Source: Escherichia coli
Lineage (GTDB): Bacteria; Pseudomonadota; Gammaproteobacteria; Enterobacterales; Enterobacteriaceae
DNA length: 64,000 bases
NCBI RefSeq assembly: GCF_003334315.1
Contig: NZ_QOWR01000009.1
Direction: 5' to 3' (one strand)
The notes under the pieces are model-generated. The model ran no database searches, was not told the origin of the DNA, and saw only the letters and a program-made list of their open reading frames with translations. Position numbers and translations under genes: made by a program. This document shows positions 22,546 to 32,405 of the stretch, one piece after another; the stretch's first letter is position 1; each line of letters starts with the position of its first letter.

Positions 22546-22703
22546 ATGCATAAGCCCTATCCCTGGTCACCGTCTTCCATTGACCACATCGATAGAATCT
22601 CCCTTCATAGCACGATGCCTTTCACGTAACGGCATCGTGCTCGCACAGGTTCCGGCTAAGCACAACCAGAACGCACATATTTGACGCTTACCAAAAAATA
22701 TTC

Positions 22704-23021
22704 TCACTCTCCACATTTGAATGTCAGACGAGCGACACCATGTAATCCTACACCTTCTGTCTTCAGCTCAACTATTTGCATTTTTTTGCCCTGAGTAACA
22801 CAGAAATGGGCTGCATCATTTTTTACTATATTTTCTGCACCAGATATTCTACCCCTGGCTAAAGAAGCTTCGGCTTCGGTGTAGTATTGGTTATCGAGTT
22901 TACGCTGAATATTACTTTTATATGCAAGGCCAAATTTACCGATACTTGTCTCATCATTATGCACAGCACAACCAGACATAAGAAAAACACTAATTAATGA
23001 TATAGCAGCTATTTTATTCAC
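22704..23021 (-). CDS. yegR: Small lipoprotein-like protein YegR (105 aa from GTG; an upstream ATG at 23036 would add 5 aa)
   Basis: Signal peptide with lipobox-like LMSGC; AT-rich gene. Confidence 0.75.
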   Translation of the reverse strand: MNKIAAISLISVFLMSGCAVHNDETSIGKFGLAYKSNIQRKLDNQYYTEAEASLARGRISGAENIVKNDAAHFCVTQGKKMQIVELKTEGVGLHGVARLTFKCGE

Positions 23022-23434
23022 CTCACCTTCCCCCATTAAATACCAACGACACTCTCTAGTGTTTAAGTATAATAATGGCCGATCATTATAATTGAATAGG
23101 ATTATAATAAATGTTTTGTACAACATTTCCTACATAAGTAGGAATTACAGACTCAGAGGCCCTTCCGGGTAACCCTATGGGAGCTTTAATATATTTGGAA
23201 TAGTATATTGAAGATGCCACTGTTTAGTTGAATATTAGATATTTGCTCTTTTTTCAAATTTACCGGTGGCTACCGTTAACATTCACTGCCCCCATTGCAA
23301 GCTCCTGGTGGTAACAACTGAATTACCCATGCTTGAACTGACTTTTTATCCTCCGACTTTCATCCTGTTCTGACTCCACCTTTTGTTTTCTGCTCTACAC
23401 TATCTACAGACCAATCATAAAGGCACATACGATC

Positions 23435-24334
23435 ATGGCAGAATTTCCCGCCAGCTTACTGATTCTTAATGGCAAAAGTACTGACAATCTACCCTTGCGC
23501 GAAGCAATTATGCTGTTGCGTGAGGAAGGAATGACGATCCATGTGCGGGTCACCTGGGAGAAAGGTGATGCCGCACGATTTGTAGAGGAGGCCCGGAAGT
23601 TGGGCGTCGCAACGGTGATTGCTGGAGGTGGCGATGGCACCATTAATGAAGTTTCTACGGCGTTGATTCAGTGTGAGGGGGATGACATACCCGCGCTGGG
23701 AATTTTACCATTAGGAACCGCCAATGATTTTGCCACCAGCGTAGGGATTCCTGAGGCACTGGATAAGGCGCTGAAACTGGCAATTGCCGGTGACGCCATT
23801 GCGATAGATATGGCGCAGGTCAACAAACAAACCTGTTTTATTAATATGGCGACAGGCGGATTTGGGACGCGTATTACCACAGAAACGCCGGAAAAATTAA
23901 AAGCCGCGCTGGGTAGCGTCTCTTACATCATTCATGGCTTAATGCGTATGGATACTCTGCAACCGGACCGTTGTGAAATCCGCGGTGAAAACTTTCACTG
24001 GCAAGGTGACGCCCTGGTCATTGGTATTGGTAACGGGCGTCAGGCCGGTGGCGGTCAGCAATTGTGTCCGAACGCGTTAATTAACGATGGCTTGCTGCAA
24101 CTGCGCATTTTTACCGGCGATGAAATACTTCCGGCTCTCGTATCAACCTTAAAATCTGACGAAGATAACCCGAATATTATCGAAGGCGCTTCGTCGTGGT
24201 TTGATATTCAGGCACCACACGACATCACCTTTAATCTTGATGGCGAACCGTTGAGTGGGCAAAATTTTCATATTGAAATACTTCCGGCAGCGTTGCGTTG
24301 CCGTCTGCCACCAGATTGCCCGCTTTTACGTTAA
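23435..24334 (+). CDS. yegS: Lipid kinase YegS (299 aa), diacylglycerol-kinase catalytic-domain family
   Basis: DAGK_cat signature (GGDGTINEV). Confidence 0.9.
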   Translation: MAEFPASLLILNGKSTDNLPLREAIMLLREEGMTIHVRVTWEKGDAARFVEEARKLGVATVIAGGGDGTINEVSTALIQCEGDDIPALGILPLGTANDFATSVGIPEALDKALKLAIAGDAIAIDMAQVNKQTCFINMATGGFGTRITTETPEKLKAALGSVSYIIHGLMRMDTLQPDRCEIRGENFHWQGDALVIGIGNGRQAGGGQQLCPNALINDGLLQLRIFTGDEILPALVSTLKSDEDNPNIIEGASSWFDIQAPHDITFNLDGEPLSGQNFHIEILPAALRCRLPPDCPLLR

Positions 24335-24343
24335 ATAAAAGCA

Positions 24344-24406
24344 AGCGCAGAAGCAGGATTAGCAGACCGGCATCATCCCTGGGATCTTCTGCGCTCACCC
24401 TTTTTT
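24344..24406 (+). terminator. Long-loop hairpin plus T-tract after yegS, at the left edge of the pentitol island
   Basis: AGCGCAGAAG (24344-24353) pairs with CTTCTGCGCT (24386-24395), then CACCCTTTTTT. Confidence 0.45.
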
Positions 24407-24407
24407 G

Positions 24408-25106
24408 TTACGCAGCTACGGCTAACGCTGCCAGTAATTCATTCATCGATAAATATCTTGCACTCGCCGCATTAAAGCAGGTTTGTTGGGCATCTTCTGA
24501 TACCACAATGGTGTTTATTCCTGCCGCCTGTGCTGCCTGAAAACCACTCACGCTGTCCTCTATAACCAAACAATCTGCAGCAGACAGTTGCAATTCTCGC
24601 AGTGCAGAAAGATAAACTGCCGGATGGGGTTTCCCATGCTTTTCGTCATCAGCACTACAAATCACCGAAAAATAATGCTGAATATTGAGTTTTGTCAGTA
24701 CAGCATCGATCACCTGGTAAGATGAAGAGGTTGCCAGCGCCAGTTGATAGCCACTCCGGCGCAAAAAAAATAACACGTCCTGAACGCCTGGCATCGCTTC
24801 GCCCGTCCCGGCAATCAACGTAGTGATCAGGCGGCGAATCTCACTTTCCAACAGTGCGGGTTCAATGTGTAAATGACAATATTCACACCAGGTTTGGGCA
24901 ATCTCATCCAGCCTTTTACCTTTAGTCAGTCTTATACACTCTTCGTCACTGACACATGCGCCCCACCTTGCCAGTGCTCCCTTTTGTGCCTCACGCCATA
25001 ACCCTTCCGAATCAATGATGACGCCGTCCATATCAAAAATGACTGCTTTACAATTAAACATTGTTCCTCGCAATAAAGCCTGGCACCACACCAGGCTTGT
25101 CGTCAT
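24408..25106 (-). CDS. HAD-superfamily sugar-phosphate phosphatase (beta-phosphoglucomutase-like subfamily), 232 aa from the coupled ATG, or 217 aa if it starts at Met16 (25061)
   Basis: HAD motif I FDMDGVIIDSE, motif II (LATSS), motif III/IV (KPHP ... EDSVSG); its ATG overlaps the stop of the upstream permease (TGATG). Confidence 0.8.
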   Translation of the reverse strand: MTTSLVWCQALLRGTMFNCKAVIFDMDGVIIDSEGLWREAQKGALARWGACVSDEECIRLTKGKRLDEIAQTWCEYCHLHIEPALLESEIRRLITTLIAGTGEAMPGVQDVLFFLRRSGYQLALATSSSYQVIDAVLTKLNIQHYFSVICSADDEKHGKPHPAVYLSALRELQLSAADCLVIEDSVSGFQAAQAAGINTIVVSEDAQQTCFNAASARYLSMNELLAALAVAA

Positions 25107-26383
25107 CAGGAAATGGTGGCGGTCTTCCCTTCACACACTTGCTGATTTGAGAATCCCGGTTGTTCGACGCGAATAAACGGGCAAATAATAAACGCTATCA
25201 CATACAGGGTGGTGTAAGCGATAACCACACCAATAGTACTGAAATAAGGCAGAAGTACCACGGCGATTGCCGGAGCAAGGAAGTTGGACAACCCGGCTGA
25301 AAGGTTATAAACCGAAATAGCTGCTCCTTTATGTTTCGGTTCCAGTGCCGGGAAAACGGCTGCCATCGGTACGAATGCAGCAACAAAGATCCCCAGTGCC
25401 ACCGCAGGTATCAGCGCCATAGCAAAGTTATGACCGAAATGTTGCGGCATGTAGTAGAACGCCAGGCTTGAAAGCGCCATTCCCACGCAACCAAACCAGC
25501 GAACAACTTTCATCCAGCCCATTTTCTCTGCCAGCACGCCCCAGAATACGTTAGAGAAGATGGTGGTAAAGAAGAAGACTGCCCAGACCTGCAACCACTC
25601 AGAGGTGGTAAAGCCCAGCTCATCAACAAACATCATCGGCATAATTACGGCGAATCCGAATAAAGATAAGGTGTTGATAATGCGAACAATACTGGAAAGC
25701 AAAATATTGCGGTTGGTATAAAGCAAAGTCACCGCACGGCCCAGTTCGCTAAACTTCTCTTTTGTGGTTAGGTTTTGCATATGGCGTGGTGTTTCTACTT
25801 TGCGCATAGAAATTAACGCAACAGCGCCACCAACCCCACAGAAGGCCAGCGCCAGCCATAATGTTCCCATTTCGCCAATAAGCGGAATGGTAAAACTGGG
25901 GATGTAGCTGCCGAATACGCCGATACCAATAGAGTAAACTGCCCAGAACCAGCCCAGAGCAGCACTGGTGCTGTCACTGCGTACGTTATGGACAATCGCC
26001 ACAATAAAGGCGTAGAGGAACAGCGGATAGGCTAGGCCACGAATACCATAAAACAGCAGGATTAACCCATAGTTCGCCTGCCCCAGACCAAAGACCAGAA
26101 ACAGCACGTGAAATACGCACCACAGCACAAAGCCGATAAACATGGTTTTTTGTGGCGTAATAATTTCGGCAACTACGCCGGAAACCCAGGCGGAAAGCGC
26201 TGCCGCCAGGCCATAGAGCGTAAAGGCAAAGGAGGCTTCTGCAGGCGTGAAACCCAGTGCTTTAATGTAATGCGACAGGAATGCCAGTTCAAAACCGTCT
26301 CCGGTCATAAAGATGGCAATGGCAATATATCCCCACACCAGATTTAAGGGTAATCCCAGCCATTGTTTATTTGTTAACGACAT
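25106..26383 (-). CDS. dalT: MFS pentitol permease, D-arabinitol transporter type (425 aa)
   Basis: 12-TM MFS; near-identical to the second permease at 34112..35386; sits in the operon with xylulokinase and arabinitol dehydrogenase. Confidence 0.8.
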   Translation of the reverse strand: MSLTNKQWLGLPLNLVWGYIAIAIFMTGDGFELAFLSHYIKALGFTPAEASFAFTLYGLAAALSAWVSGVVAEIITPQKTMFIGFVLWCVFHVLFLVFGLGQANYGLILLFYGIRGLAYPLFLYAFIVAIVHNVRSDSTSAALGWFWAVYSIGIGVFGSYIPSFTIPLIGEMGTLWLALAFCGVGGAVALISMRKVETPRHMQNLTTKEKFSELGRAVTLLYTNRNILLSSIVRIINTLSLFGFAVIMPMMFVDELGFTTSEWLQVWAVFFFTTIFSNVFWGVLAEKMGWMKVVRWFGCVGMALSSLAFYYMPQHFGHNFAMALIPAVALGIFVAAFVPMAAVFPALEPKHKGAAISVYNLSAGLSNFLAPAIAVVLLPYFSTIGVVIAYTTLYVIAFIICPFIRVEQPGFSNQQVCEGKTATIS

Positions 26384-26451
26384 AGTGACCTCGTTTGTAG
26401 GATACAAAACGCCGCTCCGGTGCAAACACCGGAGGGCATTTGTGACAGATG

Positions 26452-27915
26452 TTATTGATTGCGATAGTTCAGGTCGTTGTGATACAGCGCAGTAAACTGC
26501 TGATATCGTTGCATCAGCGCATTATGACGTTCAGGATCGCTGCGCCAGGTTTTGAAGATTTCAGGTTTTTCACACACTGCCGCCAGTGGTTTTCCCGCAG
26601 CAAGACAGGCCAGACGCGCGGCTCCCAGCGCCCCACCCGTTTCACCGCCTTTATGCGTCACCACTGGCATATCGAGAATATCGGCCAGTAACTGCGCCCA
26701 GAATGGACTTCTCGCCCCCCCACCTACCAGCGAGCATTGCTCAATTGCCGTACCGCTTTCTTGCAGGACTCGCAGCCCATCGGCAATACCAAAGCTGACG
26801 CCTTCCAGCACTGCATATCCCATTAGCGCACGCTGACTGGAGTGTGTCAGCGCCCAGAACAATCCCCGGGCATGAGGATCGTTATGTGGCGTACGTTCAC
26901 CAGAAAGATACGGGAGGAACATCGGTGCACTGGCTTTGTCTGCATCAGAAAGTTGGGCAATCTCTTCCAGTAACTCTGTTTCCGTTACCCCCACCAGACG
27001 GCAGAACCATTGCAGACAACTGGCGGCACTGAGCATTACACTCATCTGGTGCCATAAATTCGGTAGTACGTGACAGAAAGCATGGACTGCTGATTGCGGC
27101 GCAGGACGATAGGCATCTGTCACTACAAACAACACCCCGGAAGTTCCCAAAGAAATAAACGCATCTCCGGGAGAAACGGCCCCCACACCAATTGCGCTCA
27201 CGGCGTTATCGCCACCGCCACCAGCAACTACAACCGAAGATGTCAGCCCCCAACGGCTGGCAACTTCAGGGGAAAGAGTGGCAGAAACGTCACAACCTTC
27301 CACCAGTTCCGGCATATTCGCCCGTGTCAGGCCACATTTTTCCAGCAACGAATCTGACCAGTCGCGTTTTTCCACGTCGAGCCACAACGTGCCAGCAGAA
27401 TCCGACATATCGGAAATCTTTTGGCCGGTCATTTTGAAACGCAAATAGTCTTTCGGCAGTAAAACGGTGGAAATGCGCGCAAAGTGCTGCGGCTCATGGC
27501 GCCGTACCCATAGCAATTTGGGGGCGGTAAATCCAGGCATCGCCAGGTTTCCCGCTACCTGATGCAACTCTGGTGCGATCTCTTCCAGCTCCGCACACTC
27601 CTGCGCACTGCGGGTGTCGTTCCATAAAATCGCCGGACGAATCGCCTCTCCTTTTTCATCCAACAGGACGGCACCATGCATTTGACCAGAAAGGCCAATG
27701 GCTTTGATCGCCTGCCAGTGGTGACCGCATTTTTCCCGCAGGGTCGACATTAAATATTCCGTCGCTTCCCACCAGGCTTGCGGCGATTGTTCTGACCAGT
27801 GTGGATGGGGCCGCTGAATGGTCAGCGGCGCACTATGGGTGGCAACAATTTCATTGTTTTCATCAATGACCAGCGCCTTAACTTCCGATGTGCCCAGATC
27901 GATACCCAGATACAT
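26452..27915 (-). CDS. dalK: FGGY-family D-xylulokinase (487 aa)
   Basis: XylB-like N-terminus MYLGIDLGTSEVKA and FGGY C-terminal domain. Confidence 0.85.
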   Translation of the reverse strand: MYLGIDLGTSEVKALVIDENNEIVATHSAPLTIQRPHPHWSEQSPQAWWEATEYLMSTLREKCGHHWQAIKAIGLSGQMHGAVLLDEKGEAIRPAILWNDTRSAQECAELEEIAPELHQVAGNLAMPGFTAPKLLWVRRHEPQHFARISTVLLPKDYLRFKMTGQKISDMSDSAGTLWLDVEKRDWSDSLLEKCGLTRANMPELVEGCDVSATLSPEVASRWGLTSSVVVAGGGGDNAVSAIGVGAVSPGDAFISLGTSGVLFVVTDAYRPAPQSAVHAFCHVLPNLWHQMSVMLSAASCLQWFCRLVGVTETELLEEIAQLSDADKASAPMFLPYLSGERTPHNDPHARGLFWALTHSSQRALMGYAVLEGVSFGIADGLRVLQESGTAIEQCSLVGGGARSPFWAQLLADILDMPVVTHKGGETGGALGAARLACLAAGKPLAAVCEKPEIFKTWRSDPERHNALMQRYQQFTALYHNDLNYRNQ

Positions 27916-27928
27916 AACCGCCTCCTGG

Positions 27929-29296
27929 TTAGTTAATTAACGCGTAGACGTCAGCGATTTTTTCGCGCAACAACGCGGCAAAATCTTCACGTTCGGTTAA
28001 ATCGCCAAACAGCGCTTTATCACTGGCATAAACAGCGACGGGATCGGCAGACTGGAACATTGCATGGACAGCTGGTGCATCAAGGATGCCATCCTGATAT
28101 TCATAGGGCAGTTTGCCGTGATGCCATTGCTCCATGAATACGTAAAACAGTGCAGGTAACATGGCGGTGGCATTCGGGCGAACGCCTCGCTGGTAGCACT
28201 CTCGCAGTGTGGGGGCAATCATCGCCGGAATTTTCGAGAAACCATCCGCAGCGACGCGTTGGTTGGTGTCCTGAATATGTGGATTGGTAAAACGCTTGAG
28301 TACAACATCACGGTAGGTTGGCAAATCGATACCGTTATCGCCCAAGCAAGGAATGACATCTTCCGTCACGTAGCGGTCGGCAATCTGATAGATAAAATCG
28401 GTCATTGTGCTTTCGTGGATATATTTTTGACCGATTAACGTACCTGCCCAGGCGATGCAACTGTGTGAAGAGTTAAGAATGCGAATCTTCGCCTCTTCAT
28501 AGGGGATTACCGACGCCACCAGTTCGACACCGACCTTCTCCAGTGCCGGACGGACATCACGGAAATTATCTTCCACGACCCACTGGATAAAGGTTTCGCC
28601 CATTACCGGCGCTTTATCGGCAATACCCGTTTGAGCCTTGATCCGTGCCGGAAGTTCTGCTGCCGGACGAGGCGTAATGCGGTCAACCATGGTATTCGGG
28701 CAAGTGGTATTTGTACTCAGCCAGTCGATGACATCCTGTTTGCCAGTTAGCTGGAGAAACTCAACCAGGCCATCATGGAAACGTTCACCATTATGGCGCA
28801 CGTTATCGCAATTCAGCAGGGTTAGTGGTCCGGCGTTATTTGCCATACGTGCTTCGAGGATACGGGTAATAACACCGTAAATTGTTTTGCATCCCCCTTT
28901 AAGATCTGCCGCTAAATCAGGATTGTTAACTTCCAGTTTGTGACTGGTATTCAGGTAGTACCCGCCTTCGGTGACGGTGAAAGCAATCACTTTTGTCTTC
29001 GGATCTGCCCCTTCAGCAATCAGCGGTTGTAAATCTGCCTGCCACGGTATCAACTTCTGAATTGAGGTGATCTCTTCATATTCGCTTACCCCTTCCGGGC
29101 TGACGGTTTCCAGCACATAGCGACCTTTCTGTGCACTGAGTGCCTGTACGACATGTTCAGCATCATTACGAATATTGCCCGCAGCAATGCTCCAGCGTTT
29201 ATCGCCCATCACCTGCAAACGGTGTAGATACCACGCCTGATGTGCGCGATGAAAAGAACCTAACCCGATGTGCAGCCATGTAAATTGTTCGTTCAT
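27929..29296 (-). CDS. dalD: D-arabinitol 4-dehydrogenase, mannitol dehydrogenase family (455 aa; ORF-track start 29341 is an extension)
   Basis: Long-chain mannitol-DH family Rossmann N-terminus ([13 protein letters not shown]); GGAG RBS before the ATG at 29296. Confidence 0.85.
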   Translation of the reverse strand: MNEQFTWLHIGLGSFHRAHQAWYLHRLQVMGDKRWSIAAGNIRNDAEHVVQALSAQKGRYVLETVSPEGVSEYEEITSIQKLIPWQADLQPLIAEGADPKTKVIAFTVTEGGYYLNTSHKLEVNNPDLAADLKGGCKTIYGVITRILEARMANNAGPLTLLNCDNVRHNGERFHDGLVEFLQLTGKQDVIDWLSTNTTCPNTMVDRITPRPAAELPARIKAQTGIADKAPVMGETFIQWVVEDNFRDVRPALEKVGVELVASVIPYEEAKIRILNSSHSCIAWAGTLIGQKYIHESTMTDFIYQIADRYVTEDVIPCLGDNGIDLPTYRDVVLKRFTNPHIQDTNQRVAADGFSKIPAMIAPTLRECYQRGVRPNATAMLPALFYVFMEQWHHGKLPYEYQDGILDAPAVHAMFQSADPVAVYASDKALFGDLTEREDFAALLREKIADVYALIN

Positions 29297-29508
29297 TGTT
29301 TCGTTCTCCATTGACGTTATGGCTGAACTGTAATCGAACATTTGAGTTAATTAAGAGCGTTAGATCACAAAAGAACAATTGACCAAAAAAATTACAAATG
29401 ACCAAATCAAAGCAATAAACTTGCCTCGCGGTAAAGCTATGGCCAAAATGACGCTAATCAGTTGCGGGATTTTCACGATTCCGCACGCCACTTTTGAGGT
29501 AGGGAAAC

Positions 29509-30450
29509 GTGAACAAAGAAGATGACATCAGGCTCGATCAAAAAGTACGGGCGGCATGGATGTACTACATTGCCGGACTTAATCAGAGTGAAATCGCAAG
29601 TCAGTTAGGTACTTCACGGCCAGTGGTTCAACGCCTGATAGCAGCAGCGAAAGACGAAGGGATTGTGTCGATTGGATTGCATCATCCGGTTGCCAACTGT
29701 CTCGATTATGCCCAACTGTTAAAGGAAAAGTACCAATTAACCGACTGCAATATTATGCCGGTTTACAGTATTGAAAGTACGCTCGACAGCGTGACATTTG
29801 GCTGTTATCAACTGATGGCGCGTTACTTACAGGGTGACAAACCGACCATCGTTGGTATTGGTTCTGGCTTAACGTTGAAGAAAACCATTAAACGTATCGA
29901 TTTTGATAGTCAGAATACCCGCTGTGTGGCGCTGATTAGCGCCATGAATGAACACGGGCAATGTAACTATTACGACGACGTACCGCTGCTTTTGGCGAGA
30001 AAAATTCAGGGAAAATATTACCAGTGGCCAGCTCCACGCTATGCTCAGTCCCGCGAAGAGTACCAAATGTGGTCAACCAATCGATTGTTCCGCAACGTCT
30101 CTACCGTAGCGCGTGACTCTGATGTTATTTTCGTGGGTATTGGTGCTTTAGGTCGTCAAAGCCCTATTTTCAAAGATGGCTTTATTGATGAGCAGCAACT
30201 GGAAGAGTTAACAGCACGCGGAGGCGTTGGTGAAATCCTCGGACGCTTTATTGATGCTGAAGGCAATGTTGTGGAAAGCCAGATCAACCAGATGATCACC
30301 AGCCATGATATCCGCGAAAGCAACTGCCCACGTATCGCAGCTGCCTGTGGTGAGGATAAACGTCCGGCGATCCTCGCAGCATTAAAAGGTGGGTGGATCA
30401 ACGGTCTGGTCACCGATGAACACACCGCACGCTGGTTGCTGACACGTTAA
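29509..30450 (+). CDS. dalR: SorC/DeoR-type sugar-binding transcriptional regulator (313 aa), probable D-arabinitol operon repressor
   Basis: N-terminal HTH (SEIASQLGTSRPVVQRLIAAAKDEG) plus sugar-binding C-terminal domain; divergent from the arabinitol operon. Confidence 0.75.
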   Translation: MNKEDDIRLDQKVRAAWMYYIAGLNQSEIASQLGTSRPVVQRLIAAAKDEGIVSIGLHHPVANCLDYAQLLKEKYQLTDCNIMPVYSIESTLDSVTFGCYQLMARYLQGDKPTIVGIGSGLTLKKTIKRIDFDSQNTRCVALISAMNEHGQCNYYDDVPLLLARKIQGKYYQWPAPRYAQSREEYQMWSTNRLFRNVSTVARDSDVIFVGIGALGRQSPIFKDGFIDEQQLEELTARGGVGEILGRFIDAEGNVVESQINQMITSHDIRESNCPRIAAACGEDKRPAILAALKGGWINGLVTDEHTARWLLTR

Positions 30451-30452
30451 TC

Positions 30453-31484
30453 TCAGCTGACAACATTCAGGCTCGGAATAAGTTGTGGCGGTATCTCAAT
30501 GCGACGCAGGGTGGTATCGCCAGAATCCACAATTTCAAACACTTTTTCGAGCATGGCGGGTACATCCTGACGAACCATATCGATATCGTGCCCGAGCAGA
30601 GAAACAAAAGGATCCCAGTCAAAACACCCCATTGGCGGTTGATTGGCTCCCGTCTGCCCGGTTTGCGCCAGCCAGCGAACCACCCCTTCAAGAGAGATTG
30701 TCGAGTTGACGAATAACCCGTGAAGCGATACTGCAGAGCTTTGGAAGACCTCTTTCAGTAATCCCTCTACGCGAGCAGAAGAGTAGCCGGTAACCAGTTT
30801 ATGTTCATCCGGTACGGTTATCCCCAAAGCCTGATGGGCATCGACAAAACCACATAAACGTTCAGCAGTATTGTTATCGCTTATACGTCCACCGACAAAA
30901 GTCAAAGGTGCCAGCTTGCCATAGCGTTTCTGGCTGTTGGCTAAAATTCTTTCCGTCAATAATTTCGCCCCCATATAGTTATCAGAAATGATCGACGGCG
31001 CCAGTGTTCCCGGCAGATCCAGATTCAGTGTCGGTACGCCCGCTTGCTGGCACATTTGGGCTATTTTATCCGGTTGAGTCGCTCCGGTAGCAATGACCCA
31101 ATCCACCTGCCAGGAGAGCATGGCGCGAGCAGCCTCAATTTCCAGTTCTGGCTGTCGCCGCGTACAGGTGATGATTGGCAGTAATCCTCTGGCACGCGCC
31201 ATCTCTTCAAATTTTTCGGCAATCGATCCAAAGTATCGGTTGTCATATTTCGGCACAATCATGCCAATAACGTTGGATTTTTTACTGCGCAGTAAACTTG
31301 CCTGCCGATTAATGGCATATCCCTGCTCTTCCGCAATACGGGTGACCTTCTCAGCCAGCTTTGCGCTGATGCGTCGCTTTTTCCAGTTGCCATTCAAAAT
31401 AGCGCTTACCGCACTGGCAGAAACGCCGGTTAATTCTGCCAGGTCGTAAATGGTCGTTTTCTTCGTTTTCTCAACGCGTGTCAC
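30453..31484 (-). CDS. rbtR: LacI-family transcriptional regulator (343 aa), probable ribitol operon repressor
   Basis: LacI-type HTH (TIYDLAELTGVSASAVSAILNG) and periplasmic-binding-protein-like effector domain; divergent from the ribitol operon and convergent with the other regulator. Confidence 0.75.
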   Translation of the reverse strand: MTRVEKTKKTTIYDLAELTGVSASAVSAILNGNWKKRRISAKLAEKVTRIAEEQGYAINRQASLLRSKKSNVIGMIVPKYDNRYFGSIAEKFEEMARARGLLPIITCTRRQPELEIEAARAMLSWQVDWVIATGATQPDKIAQMCQQAGVPTLNLDLPGTLAPSIISDNYMGAKLLTERILANSQKRYGKLAPLTFVGGRISDNNTAERLCGFVDAHQALGITVPDEHKLVTGYSSARVEGLLKEVFQSSAVSLHGLFVNSTISLEGVVRWLAQTGQTGANQPPMGCFDWDPFVSLLGHDIDMVRQDVPAMLEKVFEIVDSGDTTLRRIEIPPQLIPSLNVVS

Positions 31485-31541
31485 AAATTTGCCTCTTCAT
31501 TTTGAATGTCTCTTGCTGAGAATTTAAGCAAGTGCTAGATC

Positions 31542-31559
31542 TGCTTCATCGATTGAGCA
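31542..31559. promoter_or_regulatory. Candidate LacI-type operator in the ribitol regulator/operon intergenic region
   Basis: TGCTTCATCGATTGAGCA: 14 of 18 positions self-complementary around a central ATCGAT. Confidence 0.35.
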
Positions 31560-31642
31560 GTTTGCTTCACACGGCAGCTAAATTCCCGTTCAGTGCGTGC
31601 AAGCAAACAGAGACTATAAATTCGCCCTGGTAAAAGGATTAT

Positions 31643-32395
31643 ATGATGAATCACTCTGTGCCCTCTATGAATACTCCCCTTAATGGCAAAGTTGCAGCTA
31701 TCACTGGCGCTGCGTCAGGTATTGGCCTGCAATGTGCAAAAACGCTGCTCGATGCAGGAGCAAAGGTAGTATTGATTGACCGGGAAGGCGACAAACTGCA
31801 CAAGATTGTCGCTGAGTTAGGCGAAAACGCGTACGCGCTGCAACTCGATCTCTTCAATAATCAGCAAGTCGATAACATGCTGGCGGACATTATCGAACTG
31901 GCGGGTGGGCTGGATATTTTTCATGCCAATGCAGGCGCTTATATTGGCGGCCCAGTGACTGAAGGTGATCCAGATGTCTGGGATCGTGTGTTAAATCTGA
32001 ATATAAATGCGGCGTTTCGCTGTGTCCGTGCAGTCCTGCCGCATATGATTGCGCAGAGGTCGGGCGATATAATTTTTACCAGTTCCATCGCGGGCGTCGT
32101 TCCGGTTATCTGGGAACCGATCTACACCGCGTCCAAATTTGCCGTTCAGGCATTCGTACACACTACCCGCCGCCAGGTTTCTCAATATGGCGTGCGTGTG
32201 GGTGCGGTGCTGCCAGGACCAGTAGTCACTGCCCTGCTTGATGACTGGCCAAAAGCCAAAATGGAAGAAGCCCTGGCAAATGGTAGCCTGATGCAACCGA
32301 TTGAAGTGGCGGAATCAGTATTGTTTATGGTGACCCGCTCGAAAAATGTCACCGTGCGAGATTTAGTGATCCTGCCTGGCAGTGTCGATCTGTAA
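31643..32395 (+). CDS. rbtD: Ribitol 2-dehydrogenase, short-chain dehydrogenase/reductase family (250 aa)
   Basis: SDR cofactor motif [13 protein letters not shown] and catalytic YTASK; matches Klebsiella ribitol dehydrogenase as I recall it. Confidence 0.88.
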   Translation: MMNHSVPSMNTPLNGKVAAITGAASGIGLQCAKTLLDAGAKVVLIDREGDKLHKIVAELGENAYALQLDLFNNQQVDNMLADIIELAGGLDIFHANAGAYIGGPVTEGDPDVWDRVLNLNINAAFRCVRAVLPHMIAQRSGDIIFTSSIAGVVPVIWEPIYTASKFAVQAFVHTTRRQVSQYGVRVGAVLPGPVVTALLDDWPKAKMEEALANGSLMQPIEVAESVLFMVTRSKNVTVRDLVILPGSVDL

Positions 32396-32405
32396 GGGCG
32401 CAATC

